Source: Spirochaetaceae bacterium (GTDB lineage Bacteria > Spirochaetota > Spirochaetia > DSM-2461). Taken from it: a stretch of DNA of 64,000 bases. Under the pieces are notes generated by a model that was not told the origin of the DNA, did not search any database, and saw nothing but the letters and a program-made list of their open reading frames with translations. Where the stretch lies: assembly GCA_051531975.1 (NCBI GenBank), contig JAOPTT010000005.1:1-64000 (forward strand), given 5' to 3'. Shown piece by piece: positions 1 through 10,130 of this stretch (position 1 is its first letter; the number at the start of each line of letters is the position of its first letter). The translations under genes were made by a program, and so were the position numbers.

Positions 1-1380
1 GGAGCAATTGGAGATCTATATAACTTTAAACTAGCCCCATCTTTAACACTAGGTTGTGGTTCCTGGGGAGGTAACTCTGTAAGTGAAAATGTTGGTATAA
101 AACATCTACTTAATATAAAAACAATTGCAGAAAGGAGAGAAAATATGCTTTGGTTTAAGATTCCACCTAAAATTTACCATAAACCTGGTTGTATGCCCTT
201 AGCATTAACTGAATTAAAAGGTAAAAAACGTGCCTTTATTGTAACAGATGAAGCTCTATATAAATTAGGATATGTTGAACAGGTTACATCAGTTCTGGAT
301 AACATGAATATTGACTGTGAGGTGTTTTTTGATGTAGAACCTGATCCAACAATGGCTATGGTTAATAAAGGGCTGGAAAGAATTAATTCGTTTAAGCCAG
401 ATACTATTATCGCTTTAGGTGGTGGTTCTCCAATGGATGCTGCTAAAATAATGTGGTTATTATATGAGCACCCAGAAGTTAAGTTTGAGGGACTAGCTCT
501 TAGATTTATGGACATAGAGAAGAGAATTTACTCTTTTCCAGAAATGGGTACAAAGGCAAATATGGTTGCAATACCTACAACCTCTGGTACTGGTTCTGAA
601 ATAACTCCATTTGCTGTAGTTACAGATGACAAAACTGGTATGAAATATCCAATTGCAGATTATGCACTTACACCAGATATTGCTATAATTGATTCTCAAT
701 TAGTAGAGTCTATGCCTAAGGGATTAACTGCAGCTTCTGGTATTGATGCTGTTACCCACTCTTTAGAAGCATTTGCTTCGGTTATGTCTACAGATTATAC
801 AAATGGAATAGCCTTAGAGTCTTTAAGATTGTTATTTAAATATCTACCGGGTGCATATGAAAATGGAGCTTTAGATAAAAAAGCTAGAGAGAGGGTTCAC
901 AACGCATCAGCAATGGCCGGAATGGCATTCAGTAATGCATTTTTAGGTATTTGTCACTCCCTATCCCATAAACTTGGTGCTGCATTTCATCTTCCACATG
1001 GAATTGCAAATGCCATAATGATTAACCACGTTATTAAATATAACGCAACAGATAATCCAACAAAACAGGGTGTCTTTTCACAATATACCCACCCAACAGC
1101 TAAATCTAGATATGCAAAAGTTGCTAACTATTTAGGGCTTGGTGGAGATAATAAGGATGAGAAAATTGAGAACCTATTAACAGCAATAACAGAGCTTAAA
1201 AACAAACTTAATATTCCCAAAACTATTAAAGAGTTTGGTATTGATGAAAAAGAGTTCTTAGCAAGAGTAGATTCATTAGCCGAGGAAGCATTTGACGACC
1301 AATGTACAGGTGCAAATCCTAGATTCCCTCTAATTTCAGAGTTAAAACAGTTATACCTTGATGCATATTACGGTGTATAG
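1..1380 (+). CDS. adhE: Bifunctional acetaldehyde-CoA/alcohol dehydrogenase, 3' part (starts before window)
   Basis: Frame is open from base 1: [32 protein letters not shown]...[10 protein letters not shown] is the AdhE ALDH-ADH linker; Fe-ADH motifs GGGSPMD and GICHSLSH follow. Confidence 0.97.
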   Translation, partial: GAIGDLYNFKLAPSLTLGCGSWGGNSVSENVGIKHLLNIKTIAERRENMLWFKIPPKIYHKPGCMPLALTELKGKKRAFIVTDEALYKLGYVEQVTSVLDNMNIDCEVFFDVEPDPTMAMVNKGLERINSFKPDTIIALGGGSPMDAAKIMWLLYEHPEVKFEGLALRFMDIEKRIYSFPEMGTKANMVAIPTTSGTGSEITPFAVVTDDKTGMKYPIADYALTPDIAIIDSQLVESMPKGLTAASGIDAVTHSLEAFASVMSTDYTNGIALESLRLLFKYLPGAYENGALDKKARERVHNASAMAGMAFSNAFLGICHSLSHKLGAAFHLPHGIANAIMINHVIKYNATDNPTKQGVFSQYTHPTAKSRYAKVANYLGLGGDNKDEKIENLLTAITELKNKLNIPKTIKEFGIDEKEFLARVDSLAEEAFDDQCTGANPRFPLISELKQLYLDAYYGV

Positions 1381-1411
1381 AACTTTTAAGTTTAGGGCTT
1401 TTTTAACATAA

Positions 1412-1455
1412 CTTTATATAGATAGATAATCCGTTATTTATCTATCTATATAAAG
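1412..1455. terminator. 18-bp perfect AT-rich inverted repeat between adhE and the hfs operon
   Basis: ctttatatagatagataa (1412-1429) pairs with ttatctatctatataaag (1438-1455); no clear U-tract. Confidence 0.55.
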
Positions 1456-1473
1456 AGGATGATAGGTGAATCA

Positions 1474-1722
1474 ATGAAGAAAAATATTATAAAAATTTGT
1501 ATGGGAAGCTCATGCTTTTCCAGGGGAAACAGAGAGAACATTGAGATAATAAAGATGTTTTTAAAGAAGAACGATTTAGATACTGATATATTATTAATTG
1601 GTAATTTATGTGAAGCAGAGTGTAAAACTGGGCCTAATATCTTCTTAAATGAAACTCTCTATAAAAATGTATCAAATAATAAAATAGATGAAATACTAAG
1701 CGATCTAAAAAAGGAACTATAG
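1474..1722 (+). CDS. hfsA: Thioredoxin-like (NuoE-type) 2Fe-2S protein, HfsA-like
   Basis: ICMGSSCFSRG and LCEAECKTGP motifs; ATG 1474 follows aggtga (alternative start 1459). Confidence 0.85.
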   Translation: MKKNIIKICMGSSCFSRGNRENIEIIKMFLKKNDLDTDILLIGNLCEAECKTGPNIFLNETLYKNVSNNKIDEILSDLKKEL

Positions 1723-3420
1723 ATGTCAGTTGCTAACCCCATATATACTGAAATTACTGAATGTACCGATTGTAACAAATGTATTAGGGAGTGTCCTGTA
1801 AAGAGTATTAAGGTTAAGTCTGGACACGCATTCATTGAACCTGAACTTTGTATTCTCTGTGGACATTGTGCAAGAGTTTGCCCTAGAGGAGCTAAAAAAG
1901 TTCGGGATGATCTGCATATTGTTAAGAATATACTAATACATTCTAGGAATGTAATAGCCTCCGTAGCTCCATCATTTTTATCTGAGTTTCCAGGCGTATC
2001 ATTTGAACAGATAAATTCAGTTCTAATTAAACTTGGATTTTCAAGATCAGAGGAAACTGCTATTGGTGCCCAGATAGTATCAAGATATATAGATAATAAC
2101 CGAGCAGATTCTAAAGGTATAAGTATCTCAAGTGCATGTCCAGTAACAGTCAATTATATTAAAAAATATAGACCAGAGTTTGCAGATTCTATAATGAATA
2201 TTGACTCCCCACTGTTAGCACATTGTAAGAAACTTAAATCAGAAGAGGATTGTGTAGTTGTTTTTATTGGTCCGTGCATTGCCAAAAAAATTGAATCTGA
2301 CCTGAATCCAGATCTTTTACACAGTGTACTCACCTTTAAGGATTTAAAAGAGTGGATAAAAGAAGAAGGTTTGGTTATTGAAGAACAGTTAGAATCCCCG
2401 GTTATTAAGAGAGCTACTAATGGTTCATTTTATCCTATAGAAGGTGGAATGATAAGAAGTCTAGTTAAACAAGACGGCTTTAATAACAAAGCGTTTAGTT
2501 TTTCAGGTATTTCTTCAATTGTTAACGGTTTGGATGGATTAGATACAAATTCAAAAGAGTTTGATGGTAGTTTCTTCGAACTTCTTGGTTGTGATGGAGG
2601 GTGTATTAATGGTCCTGGTGCTGCATGTCACTCTCAGACTGCGCTTAAAACTATAAATGTTTTAAAAAGTGTCTGGGATATTCCTGAAAGTAATCCCCAA
2701 GATCTTAATATAGCTAATAAATGGAGTATAAAACCTATTGAAGCCCATAATTTTAGTGAACCTGAAGTTACTGCAATTATGAGAAGTATAGGGAAGGTTG
2801 AATCTGAAGATGAAATAAATTGTGGAGCATGCGGGTATTCTACTTGTAGAGAGTTTGCTCTAGCTATGTTAGCAGGTAAAGCTGAAACAAATATGTGTTT
2901 AAATTACCTGAGGAAACTATCTGAGCAAAAAGCAAATGCCCTTATTCATACAATGCCATCAGGTGTGATAATGGTTGATAACAACCTTAATATAATTGAG
3001 AGTAACAGTGCATTTGCCAAACTTATGGGTGAAGATTGTTCTGTTATATATAGTGTAAATGATGGACTTAATGGAGTATCCCTTAAAAAAGTTCTACATA
3101 AATATAAGTATTTTCAGGAATGTCTAGATACAGGCAAATCATCAGAATCCATAATTAGAGTTAAAGATAAAATAATTAAATGTATAGTTTATCCAGTTGT
3201 TGATTATCTAGTAGTTGGAGGGATATTTCGTGATATAACAGAACCTAGAAATCAGAGAGAAGAGATCATATCTAAAGCACAGGAGGTACTTACTCATAAT
3301 GTAGCTACTGTACAACAGATAGCATACCTTCTTGGGGAAAATGCTGCAGAGAGTGAGATTATGCTTAACTCCATTATTGAATCCTTTGGAAAGGTAGAAG
3401 ATGATGAATCAGGGGTGTAA
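1723..3420 (+). CDS. hfsB: Sensory group C [FeFe]-hydrogenase with Fe-S and PAS domains (HfsB/HydS-like)
   Basis: Two N-terminal 4Fe-4S motifs; altered H-cluster motifs SSACP, GPCIAKKIE and ELLGCDGGCINGPG; CGACGYSTC FeS domain; C-terminal PAS region. Confidence 0.92.
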   Translation: MSVANPIYTEITECTDCNKCIRECPVKSIKVKSGHAFIEPELCILCGHCARVCPRGAKKVRDDLHIVKNILIHSRNVIASVAPSFLSEFPGVSFEQINSVLIKLGFSRSEETAIGAQIVSRYIDNNRADSKGISISSACPVTVNYIKKYRPEFADSIMNIDSPLLAHCKKLKSEEDCVVVFIGPCIAKKIESDLNPDLLHSVLTFKDLKEWIKEEGLVIEEQLESPVIKRATNGSFYPIEGGMIRSLVKQDGFNNKAFSFSGISSIVNGLDGLDTNSKEFDGSFFELLGCDGGCINGPGAACHSQTALKTINVLKSVWDIPESNPQDLNIANKWSIKPIEAHNFSEPEVTAIMRSIGKVESEDEINCGACGYSTCREFALAMLAGKAETNMCLNYLRKLSEQKANALIHTMPSGVIMVDNNLNIIESNSAFAKLMGEDCSVIYSVNDGLNGVSLKKVLHKYKYFQECLDTGKSSESIIRVKDKIIKCIVYPVVDYLVVGGIFRDITEPRNQREEIISKAQEVLTHNVATVQQIAYLLGENAAESEIMLNSIIESFGKVEDDESGV

Positions 3421-4588
3421 TTTTATCGAGGTAGCTCAGATGCAGATCTGCAAAAGGGGTGAGGGCGCAGTTGGAGATACTATCCTTTCAAAAAAATGTC
3501 AAGAAACTGGGCGAGTTGTTACCGTGCTCTCAGATGGTCTTGGTAGTGGTATTAAAGCTGGTGTTTTATCGACGTTAACAGCAAAAATGGCTCTAAAAAC
3601 TATAGAGGCGGGGATACCAGGGGTCAGGGTAGCCGAGACAATATGTGCAACACTTCCAATTTGTAGTGAGAGACAGATAAGTTATGCAACTTTTACTATT
3701 GTAGATATAACAGACCAAAATATGGTTAAGATCATCGAATATGATAATCCTGAATATATACATTATAGTGATGGTGAAATTTTAAACTGGGATAGGAATG
3801 GAACAGAGTTTAAAAGTGGAGCTAGTCGGCGTAATCATTTATACTTTTCAAATTTTGTCTCTAAACCTAACGATAGAATTATCTTTTTTTCAGATGGTGT
3901 TTCACAGTCAGGACTTGGTTCATATACATTCCCATTAGGTTATGGTCAGGGTGTAGAAGATTATATAAAGTCTTTAATAAATGAAAACAGGGATATATCC
4001 GCTAAGTCTCTAGCAGAGAAAATTGCCGCAAAGGCACTTCTTAACGACAACAATATAGCAAAGGATGATATATCCTGTGTTGTAATATATTTCAGGAAAC
4101 CTAGGTTAGCAATGCTTGTTACAGGCCCACCTATAGATCCTAGAAGAGATATACTTCTTGCTAAGAGGGTTCATGAATTTGGTGGTGAAAGGATTATCTG
4201 TGGTGGAACAACGGCTAATATTTTAGCCAGAGAGTGGAATACTGAAATAACTGTACCGTTAAAGAATATCGATATCTCTATGCCGCCTATGGGTAAAATG
4301 TCAGGAGTTGATCTTATAACTGAGGGAATTATAACCCTTGGGCAGGTCTCAGAGTTTTTAGAAAGTGGAATACCCGAGGAGTGTCACAATAAAAACCCTG
4401 CTCTTTTAATTGTAAATACCCTACTTGATCGAGATAAAATTACATTTTTAGTAGGAACAAAAATAAATGATGCTCATCAGGATCCTAATATGCCTGTAGA
4501 GTTGGAAATACGAAGAAATATAGTAAAAAAAATTAGCCGTCTATTAAAAGATAAATATCTAAAAGAGACTGAGCTTATTTTTGTATAG
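3401..4588 (+). CDS. hfsC: SpoIIE/PP2C-family serine phosphatase (HfsC-like)
   Basis: VLSDGLGSG, FSDGV, KDDISC and ICGGTT motifs; position after the sensory hydrogenase. Confidence 0.9.
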   Translation: MMNQGCNFIEVAQMQICKRGEGAVGDTILSKKCQETGRVVTVLSDGLGSGIKAGVLSTLTAKMALKTIEAGIPGVRVAETICATLPICSERQISYATFTIVDITDQNMVKIIEYDNPEYIHYSDGEILNWDRNGTEFKSGASRRNHLYFSNFVSKPNDRIIFFSDGVSQSGLGSYTFPLGYGQGVEDYIKSLINENRDISAKSLAEKIAAKALLNDNNIAKDDISCVVIYFRKPRLAMLVTGPPIDPRRDILLAKRVHEFGGERIICGGTTANILAREWNTEITVPLKNIDISMPPMGKMSGVDLITEGIITLGQVSEFLESGIPEECHNKNPALLIVNTLLDRDKITFLVGTKINDAHQDPNMPVELEIRRNIVKKISRLLKDKYLKETELIFV

Positions 4589-4643
4589 GAGTATGTATGA
4601 TAAAATTTTATATGTGCTCCATAATTTCATAATAGGAGTGTGA

Positions 4644-4880
4644 ATGACTAAGGTAAAAATTTGCTGTGGTACCAGCTGTTACATTATGGGATCTTCTGAT
4701 CTGATCGTGATGGATTTAAGTTGTTATATAAATGTTGAGATAGAAGGGACAACTTGTATGAACCTCTGTAAAGACCATGAAAAAAGACCTCCATATGTAA
4801 ATATAAATGGTGTTTTACATGCCCAGGTTACTCCAACAAAACTCTTGGAATTAATTGAGGAAGTAGAAAGTGCTATATAA
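4644..4880 (+). CDS. Second thioredoxin-like 2Fe-2S protein
   Basis: ICCGTSCYIMG and TCMNLC motifs; RBS aggag. Confidence 0.82.
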   Translation: MTKVKICCGTSCYIMGSSDLIVMDLSCYINVEIEGTTCMNLCKDHEKRPPYVNINGVLHAQVTPTKLLELIEEVESAI

Positions 4881-6267
4881 TAACGCTATACAGATAAAAA
4901 GGGATATTATCTATAGAACAGCAAAGTCTATATTAAAAAATGATTTCGAATCACTTAATCGAATACCCCTCGAAGCAGCACCTAGAGGTCGGGACAACAT
5001 TAGATGTTGTATTCATAAGGATAGGGCAGTTCTTAAATACAGAGTAATGGCTGCCCTTGGATATTCAATAGAAGATGAAACCGATGAGTTAAAAACATTA
5101 TCGTCATATGCTAAAGAGATTACTGTTAATGATGAAATCGATGAGAGAGTTCTTACAATAATTCACGATGCTTGTAGAAGTTGTAAGCTTGGTCACCACT
5201 ACATATCAGATGTATGTGTAGGATGTGTTGCAAGGCCATGTACATCAGTTTGTCCTAAAAATGCAATATCAGTAAATGATAGTAGATCAGTTATAGATAA
5301 AAATCTCTGCATTGATTGTGGTAAATGTACATCTGTCTGCCCTTATAATGCCGTAGTAAAAATACCTGTTCCATGCGAAGTATCATGCCCTGTAGATGCT
5401 CTTAAAAAGGGAGATAATAATATTGCTGAGATTGATCTTAATAAATGTATCTTTTGTGGAAAGTGTATAAAAAGTTGTCCTTTTGGTGCTATTTCTGAGA
5501 AGAGTCAGTTATCTACTGTAATTAAACTATTACAATCAAATAAAAAAATAAATGCACTAATTGCACCATCTATAGCAGGACAATTCCCAGGTAATCTTAA
5601 CCAGATTAAAAGTGCAATATGTGGTCTTGGATACAATGATGTTATAGATGTGGCAGATGCAGCTGCTATCGTCGCAGAAGAAGAAGCGACTGAATATATA
5701 AAAAAAGGTGATACTCTTACTTCATCCTGCTGTCCTTCCTATATTTCCTGTATCGAAAAACATACTAAAAATGTAGAGGATTATGTCTCTAATACTTTAT
5801 CTCCAATGGCTCTATCTGGTGATTTAAGTAAAAAAAATAACCCAGGAGTTATTAATGTTTTTATAGGGCCATGTCTTAGTAAAAAAGTTGAAGCTTTAAA
5901 AAGTGATGTTATAGACTATGTACTTACCTTTGAGGAGTTAGGTGCACATTTTATGGCAGCACAAATTGATACTCTTATATACCCTGAAGATTCTAATAAC
6001 AAACTAGATAAAACGGGTTATGGTTTTGCTACAACAGGAGGAGTTCTTAATGGAGTTCGTCTAGCCCTTAGAGATAAAGATATCTGGATAAAGGGAGAAA
6101 CTTTAAATGGTTTAGATAAACGATCTATAAGAAAACTGAAGGGATTTAAAAAGATTTTTAATGACTGTGACTTTTTAGAGGTTATGTCGTGTGAAGGTGG
6201 ATGTTTAAATGGTCCTGGAGTTATTGTATCTCCAGAGGTAAGTAAAAAAGCACTGGAAAAAATATAA
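4870..6267 (+). CDS. hfsD: Monomeric [FeFe]-hydrogenase with multiple 4Fe-4S clusters (HfsD-like)
   Basis: H-cluster motifs TSSCCP, GPCLSKKVE and EVMSCEGGCLNGPG; several CxxCxxCxxxCP; N-terminal RCCIHKDRAV. Confidence 0.9.
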   Translation: MLYNNAIQIKRDIIYRTAKSILKNDFESLNRIPLEAAPRGRDNIRCCIHKDRAVLKYRVMAALGYSIEDETDELKTLSSYAKEITVNDEIDERVLTIIHDACRSCKLGHHYISDVCVGCVARPCTSVCPKNAISVNDSRSVIDKNLCIDCGKCTSVCPYNAVVKIPVPCEVSCPVDALKKGDNNIAEIDLNKCIFCGKCIKSCPFGAISEKSQLSTVIKLLQSNKKINALIAPSIAGQFPGNLNQIKSAICGLGYNDVIDVADAAAIVAEEEATEYIKKGDTLTSSCCPSYISCIEKHTKNVEDYVSNTLSPMALSGDLSKKNNPGVINVFIGPCLSKKVEALKSDVIDYVLTFEELGAHFMAAQIDTLIYPEDSNNKLDKTGYGFATTGGVLNGVRLALRDKDIWIKGETLNGLDKRSIRKLKGFKKIFNDCDFLEVMSCEGGCLNGPGVIVSPEVSKKALEKI

Positions 6268-6334
6268 TAGGACACTCTTGTAAATTCATTTGACAGTAAA
6301 TATATTTTTTCCTATCCTAAAACTGGAGATAAAC

Positions 6335-7252
6335 ATGGCATGGATTAAACACGATAATAAAATAATTATAGATTTTATAAAAAGCTACTGTAAAGAAAAC
6401 AGATATAATCTAAATAACTTTGAACCCTGGAAAGAGGGTGCATCTAACTCTATATGGAAATTAGATTACGATAATAAAAAATATGTTTTAAAAGTTGGAA
6501 AACTGGATTATTGGAGAAAACTAGATATAGAAAGTGAAATCCTAGAAATAGGAAAAGGAATTTATACACCAGAATTCATTGACTCAGGAAAAGCATCTGA
6601 ATCAATTCCATGGGATTGGGCCATTATTGAAAGAATAAATGGGATTCATCCTTTTTCCATAGAAGATGAAGATATATATGAATTTTCAAAACTGCTTATA
6701 TATATTAGAAAAGAGATACAACCTAGAAATCTTTCAAAAGGTGATTGGAAATCTTTCTTTAATTCTAGGATAATAGATTCTATAAATATGGCTAGAAAAA
6801 ATGCACCAGAGTCGATAATGAGTCGATTTGATAATATTCTTAATCTCTTAAAATCATGTAACAAAATTGGAGAAAAACTAGATAACCAACCAAAGGGTAT
6901 AGTCCACGGAGATCTTACACCATATAATCTGATAAAAAAAAGTGATGGTTCATTTACACTACTTGATTGGGAGAATCCACGATTTGGCAGTATAGCTTGG
7001 GATCTGTCCAATATTAAAAAAGCCTTTAACATAACAAACCAGGTTTTTAAGAATCTAGTAGATATTTTTGATCAGGATATAGAAGATGATGTACTTAATT
7101 TTTCCTCCGCACTTTACAATTTACATGTTGCTTCATGGAGAGCAGAAATGTGGTATGGCAGAGATAACAAAGATTATGGAGATCTGTTTTTAATAGAGAT
7201 GGGAGAAGAACTAGCAAGATCTGAAATTTATCTACAATTGATTGTTAATTAA
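6335..7252 (+). CDS. Aminoglycoside phosphotransferase/choline kinase-like protein
   Basis: VLK, HGDLTPYN and LDWE motifs; ATG 6335 follows ggag. Confidence 0.8.
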   Translation: MAWIKHDNKIIIDFIKSYCKENRYNLNNFEPWKEGASNSIWKLDYDNKKYVLKVGKLDYWRKLDIESEILEIGKGIYTPEFIDSGKASESIPWDWAIIERINGIHPFSIEDEDIYEFSKLLIYIRKEIQPRNLSKGDWKSFFNSRIIDSINMARKNAPESIMSRFDNILNLLKSCNKIGEKLDNQPKGIVHGDLTPYNLIKKSDGSFTLLDWENPRFGSIAWDLSNIKKAFNITNQVFKNLVDIFDQDIEDDVLNFSSALYNLHVASWRAEMWYGRDNKDYGDLFLIEMGEELARSEIYLQLIVN

Positions 7253-7335
7253 AGAACTACTCAAATGCTGTGGAACGTATAATAAAACCCTTATGCATAT
7301 CTGATGTGGCTATTTGAAATAGCTCCTTATATTAC

Positions 7336-7393
7336 AGCTTACCCGTAACTGACAACCGTTTCTGGGTAAGCTTTATTTGCCTTGTTAGCTGAT
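7336..7393 (-). mobile_element. Degenerate attC-like site downstream of the VOC gene
   Basis: Minus strand after the stop reads ATCAGCTAAC-AAGGC-AAATAAAG, then a 9-bp stem agcttaccc/gggtaagct; right end missing; matches GTTAGGTGAT upstream of the gene (7857-7866) at 9/10. Confidence 0.55.
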
Positions 7394-7821
7394 TAAAGAT
7401 CATAGTCATTTTGTTCAGATTTACTATCAGAAAGATATTGTATGAACTCAAATTGGGTATTATGCTTATCCAAAAAATAAACACTTTTTCTAAATGGGTG
7501 TTCACCACCCCAATGATCAAATTCAAATCCAGCTAAAGATAAACGCTCAACTAATTCCAGCACATTAGGAACTACGATCCCAATGTGCTTTACCCCGCAC
7601 CAGTGTCCCTTCCAATCTTCGACGACTCCCTCACCACCACTTTGAATAGTAATATAACTATCGTCATTACCTATGTGATACCAATTAACTTTTTTACCAA
7701 ACCAGTCGTCGGTAACTCCCTTGCCTCTAACCTTCCACTCAGGAACTGCCGCAAGCAAAAAATTAATACTATGCTCCGCATCAACGACTGTAATATTGGC
7801 ATGTTCAACATAACTACTCAT
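7393..7821 (-). CDS. VOC (glyoxalase) family protein
   Basis: EHANITV, KHIGIVV, YFLD and FEFIQY motifs. Confidence 0.88.
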   Translation of the reverse strand: MSSYVEHANITVVDAEHSINFLLAAVPEWKVRGKGVTDDWFGKKVNWYHIGNDDSYITIQSGGEGVVEDWKGHWCGVKHIGIVVPNVLELVERLSLAGFEFDHWGGEHPFRKSVYFLDKHNTQFEFIQYLSDSKSEQNDYDL

Positions 7822-8029
7822 AATAAACTCCTTTTATTTTCTGTACGGATACATTTATCACCTAACGTATTTTATCACGAGTTTTCCTCATATCCATCTT
7901 TTTTAAGTAAATTTCATTGAACAAAATTTAATAGAAAAAATAACTAGAAATAGGCGTAAAATTAATACGTGACTAAAAGTATATTCCAGTGTAGCCTTTA
8001 GATAATTAAAAATCTATAAGAGGTCAATT

Positions 8030-9103
8030 ATGCCAAAAATACAAAGTACACATCAATTGAATAATGAGGTAGCTGAGGGAAAAGATGGCTTTCTTATAGA
8101 TATTGAGGAACTAGAGAAAAACTTCTTTAAGAATTATTGGGAAATTGAAAAATTAGTTGTTAATAAATTAGATACTGAGGGCTCTGAATATTTTATAACA
8201 AACAATTGTTACTATATTTTAGGTAAATTTGATTCAACCCTTGAAGTGTATTGTCAAATTTGTGAACAAGTAGATACAGATGCTCCTTTATTAACCTCAT
8301 ATTTTCACCTAAATGATATTAAGAATGTAGAGAAACAGTATAGAAAGTATGAAGAGTCTGGTAGTGAAATTGCATACATTTATAAAGAATTTTATAAATA
8401 TAAAGATTCTGAAAATACTTTGGAAAGTAAATATATATCCATAAAGTTTGATGAAAGAGCCAGTGAGTTCGCAAATGCTGTTTTTACACATGTTATCAAT
8501 ATTGAAGAGTTTATAACACAAGAGTGGAAAGGTTTATTACCTCCAAAGATAAGAGCTATATTTCTTTATTCCGATGGACCAATACCATATAATGCAAATT
8601 TAAATGAGACTTATATGCCTGTAAAATCTATACCTTTAAGTAGTGTTAAACAGTTTGCAGCATACATTGTGCATGAAACATTTCATTTGGTTAATACATG
8701 CTTATTAGAACAAAAATGTAAATTTAATATAGAGATGGGGATGAACTCTTTTAAGTTTTTAGATGAGGGTTATGCCCAACTTATTGAAAGTAGATTTATG
8801 AATACATTAAATGAAAATAGAGAAGAAATAGATAAGTATTCTAAAAACATAGTCCTTGATAACTCCTTTGATTTTTATGAATTGAAAACAAAATGGATTG
8901 AACTGTTGTCTGTACATACAAATAATTTAGCATATTCATTTGCGTATTTTCTTGATGATAAATATGGAAGAGAGAAACATAAAGCTCTTTTCTTACCAAA
9001 AAAAGTAATCCATGAAGACAGCTGGTTAGAATATGTTGAAAACTACTTCGGCTTATCTATAGATAATTTAATTGATGAATGGAAACAACAAATTATCCAA
9101 TAA
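8030..9103 (+). CDS. Hypothetical protein with gluzincin-like zinc peptidase motif
   Basis: HETFH followed by LDEGYA. Confidence 0.6.
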   Translation: MPKIQSTHQLNNEVAEGKDGFLIDIEELEKNFFKNYWEIEKLVVNKLDTEGSEYFITNNCYYILGKFDSTLEVYCQICEQVDTDAPLLTSYFHLNDIKNVEKQYRKYEESGSEIAYIYKEFYKYKDSENTLESKYISIKFDERASEFANAVFTHVINIEEFITQEWKGLLPPKIRAIFLYSDGPIPYNANLNETYMPVKSIPLSSVKQFAAYIVHETFHLVNTCLLEQKCKFNIEMGMNSFKFLDEGYAQLIESRFMNTLNENREEIDKYSKNIVLDNSFDFYELKTKWIELLSVHTNNLAYSFAYFLDDKYGREKHKALFLPKKVIHEDSWLEYVENYFGLSIDNLIDEWKQQIIQ

Positions 9104-9410
9104 GATCTAATCCTTGCTTTTTCATGTTGTGGCTTTCTAATAGTGAAACAGTTTGTCGAGCAGACAGTAGTTGAGATGTTTCAATCAATTACCGGAATAC
9201 GTATCCAGAAATTACAGGATTAAACGATGAAAGCATATCTGAGTAAATATACATAAATATCTCAGTTTTTGACGTTAAACAGGGAATGCAGATCTTTTTA
9301 TACTTTTTTACCACAAAAGTAATCAATTAATAATTAAATTAGTAATTAGGCATTATTGTAAAAGTCATGATATGATTGTTTGAAGTTTTAAATTGATTAT
9401 AGGAAAAAGT

Positions 9411-10127
9411 ATGGATTATATGAAAGTAGCCAATGGTAAAGTTCTCTTTATATTGGCGGGAATAGTTATTTTAGTTGTTATGACCCAGTCGGTTGTCTTT
9501 TTAAAAATGGCCTGGAAACGGGGTTTAAAGATAGGACTCTCAAAAGAAAAATTAGTCGAAACTGTTAAAACCAGTGCGGTGTTTGCAATAGTACCATCAA
9601 TTCCAATTGTAATTGCATTAATTGCCATATCTCCTGTGCTTGGATTACCATTTTCATGGATGAGATTATCTGTAATTGGTTCCCAAAGTTATGAGATGAT
9701 AGCTGCAAAAATTGGTGCAACAAGTATGGGGATAAAAAGCCTTGTAGACCCAGGATATACTGCCCAGGCTTTTAGTAACTCAATGTGGGTTATGAGTATT
9801 GGTATTATATGGGGGCTTGTTTTATGCATCTTTGGTCTAAAAAAATATCAAAATAAAATGAAACAGGTGAAGCAAAAAGACTCTGTTTGGGCTGAGATTA
9901 TGATCAATGCACTGTTTTTTGGTATGTTGTCTGTTTTCCTTGGAGACCCTATAGTCTCTGGTGGAATCAGTCTTATGGTTCTTTTAAGTAGTGCTTTGGT
10001 TATGTTATTAATAACCTGGATTGCTAAAATAACTAAAAAAGGGTGGATCAAGGATTTTGCACTCTCTGTAAGTATGGTTGCAGGAATGGCTTTTGCAGTC
10101 CTATTTTCAATGTTTGGGTTACAGTAG
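9411..10127 (+). CDS. DUF5058-family membrane protein
   Basis: Multiple TM segments; VPSIPIV and WMRLSVIGSQSYE motifs. Confidence 0.75.
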   Translation: MDYMKVANGKVLFILAGIVILVVMTQSVVFLKMAWKRGLKIGLSKEKLVETVKTSAVFAIVPSIPIVIALIAISPVLGLPFSWMRLSVIGSQSYEMIAAKIGATSMGIKSLVDPGYTAQAFSNSMWVMSIGIIWGLVLCIFGLKKYQNKMKQVKQKDSVWAEIMINALFFGMLSVFLGDPIVSGGISLMVLLSSALVMLLITWIAKITKKGWIKDFALSVSMVAGMAFAVLFSMFGLQ

Positions 10128-10130
10128 GAG

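Noticed and set aside
6335..7252. Antibiotic-resistance call for the APH-like kinase
   Set aside because: Only the superfamily catalytic motifs are visible; substrate cannot be inferred
7995..9125. Second integron cassette around the 8030-9103 gene (ttagat upstream, atctaa downstream)
   Set aside because: Only a 6-nt match in AT-rich DNA, with no GTT/AAC core and no stem
9125..9250. Slightly GC-richer stretch, possible IS or gene remnant
   Set aside because: No recognisable translation or terminal repeats
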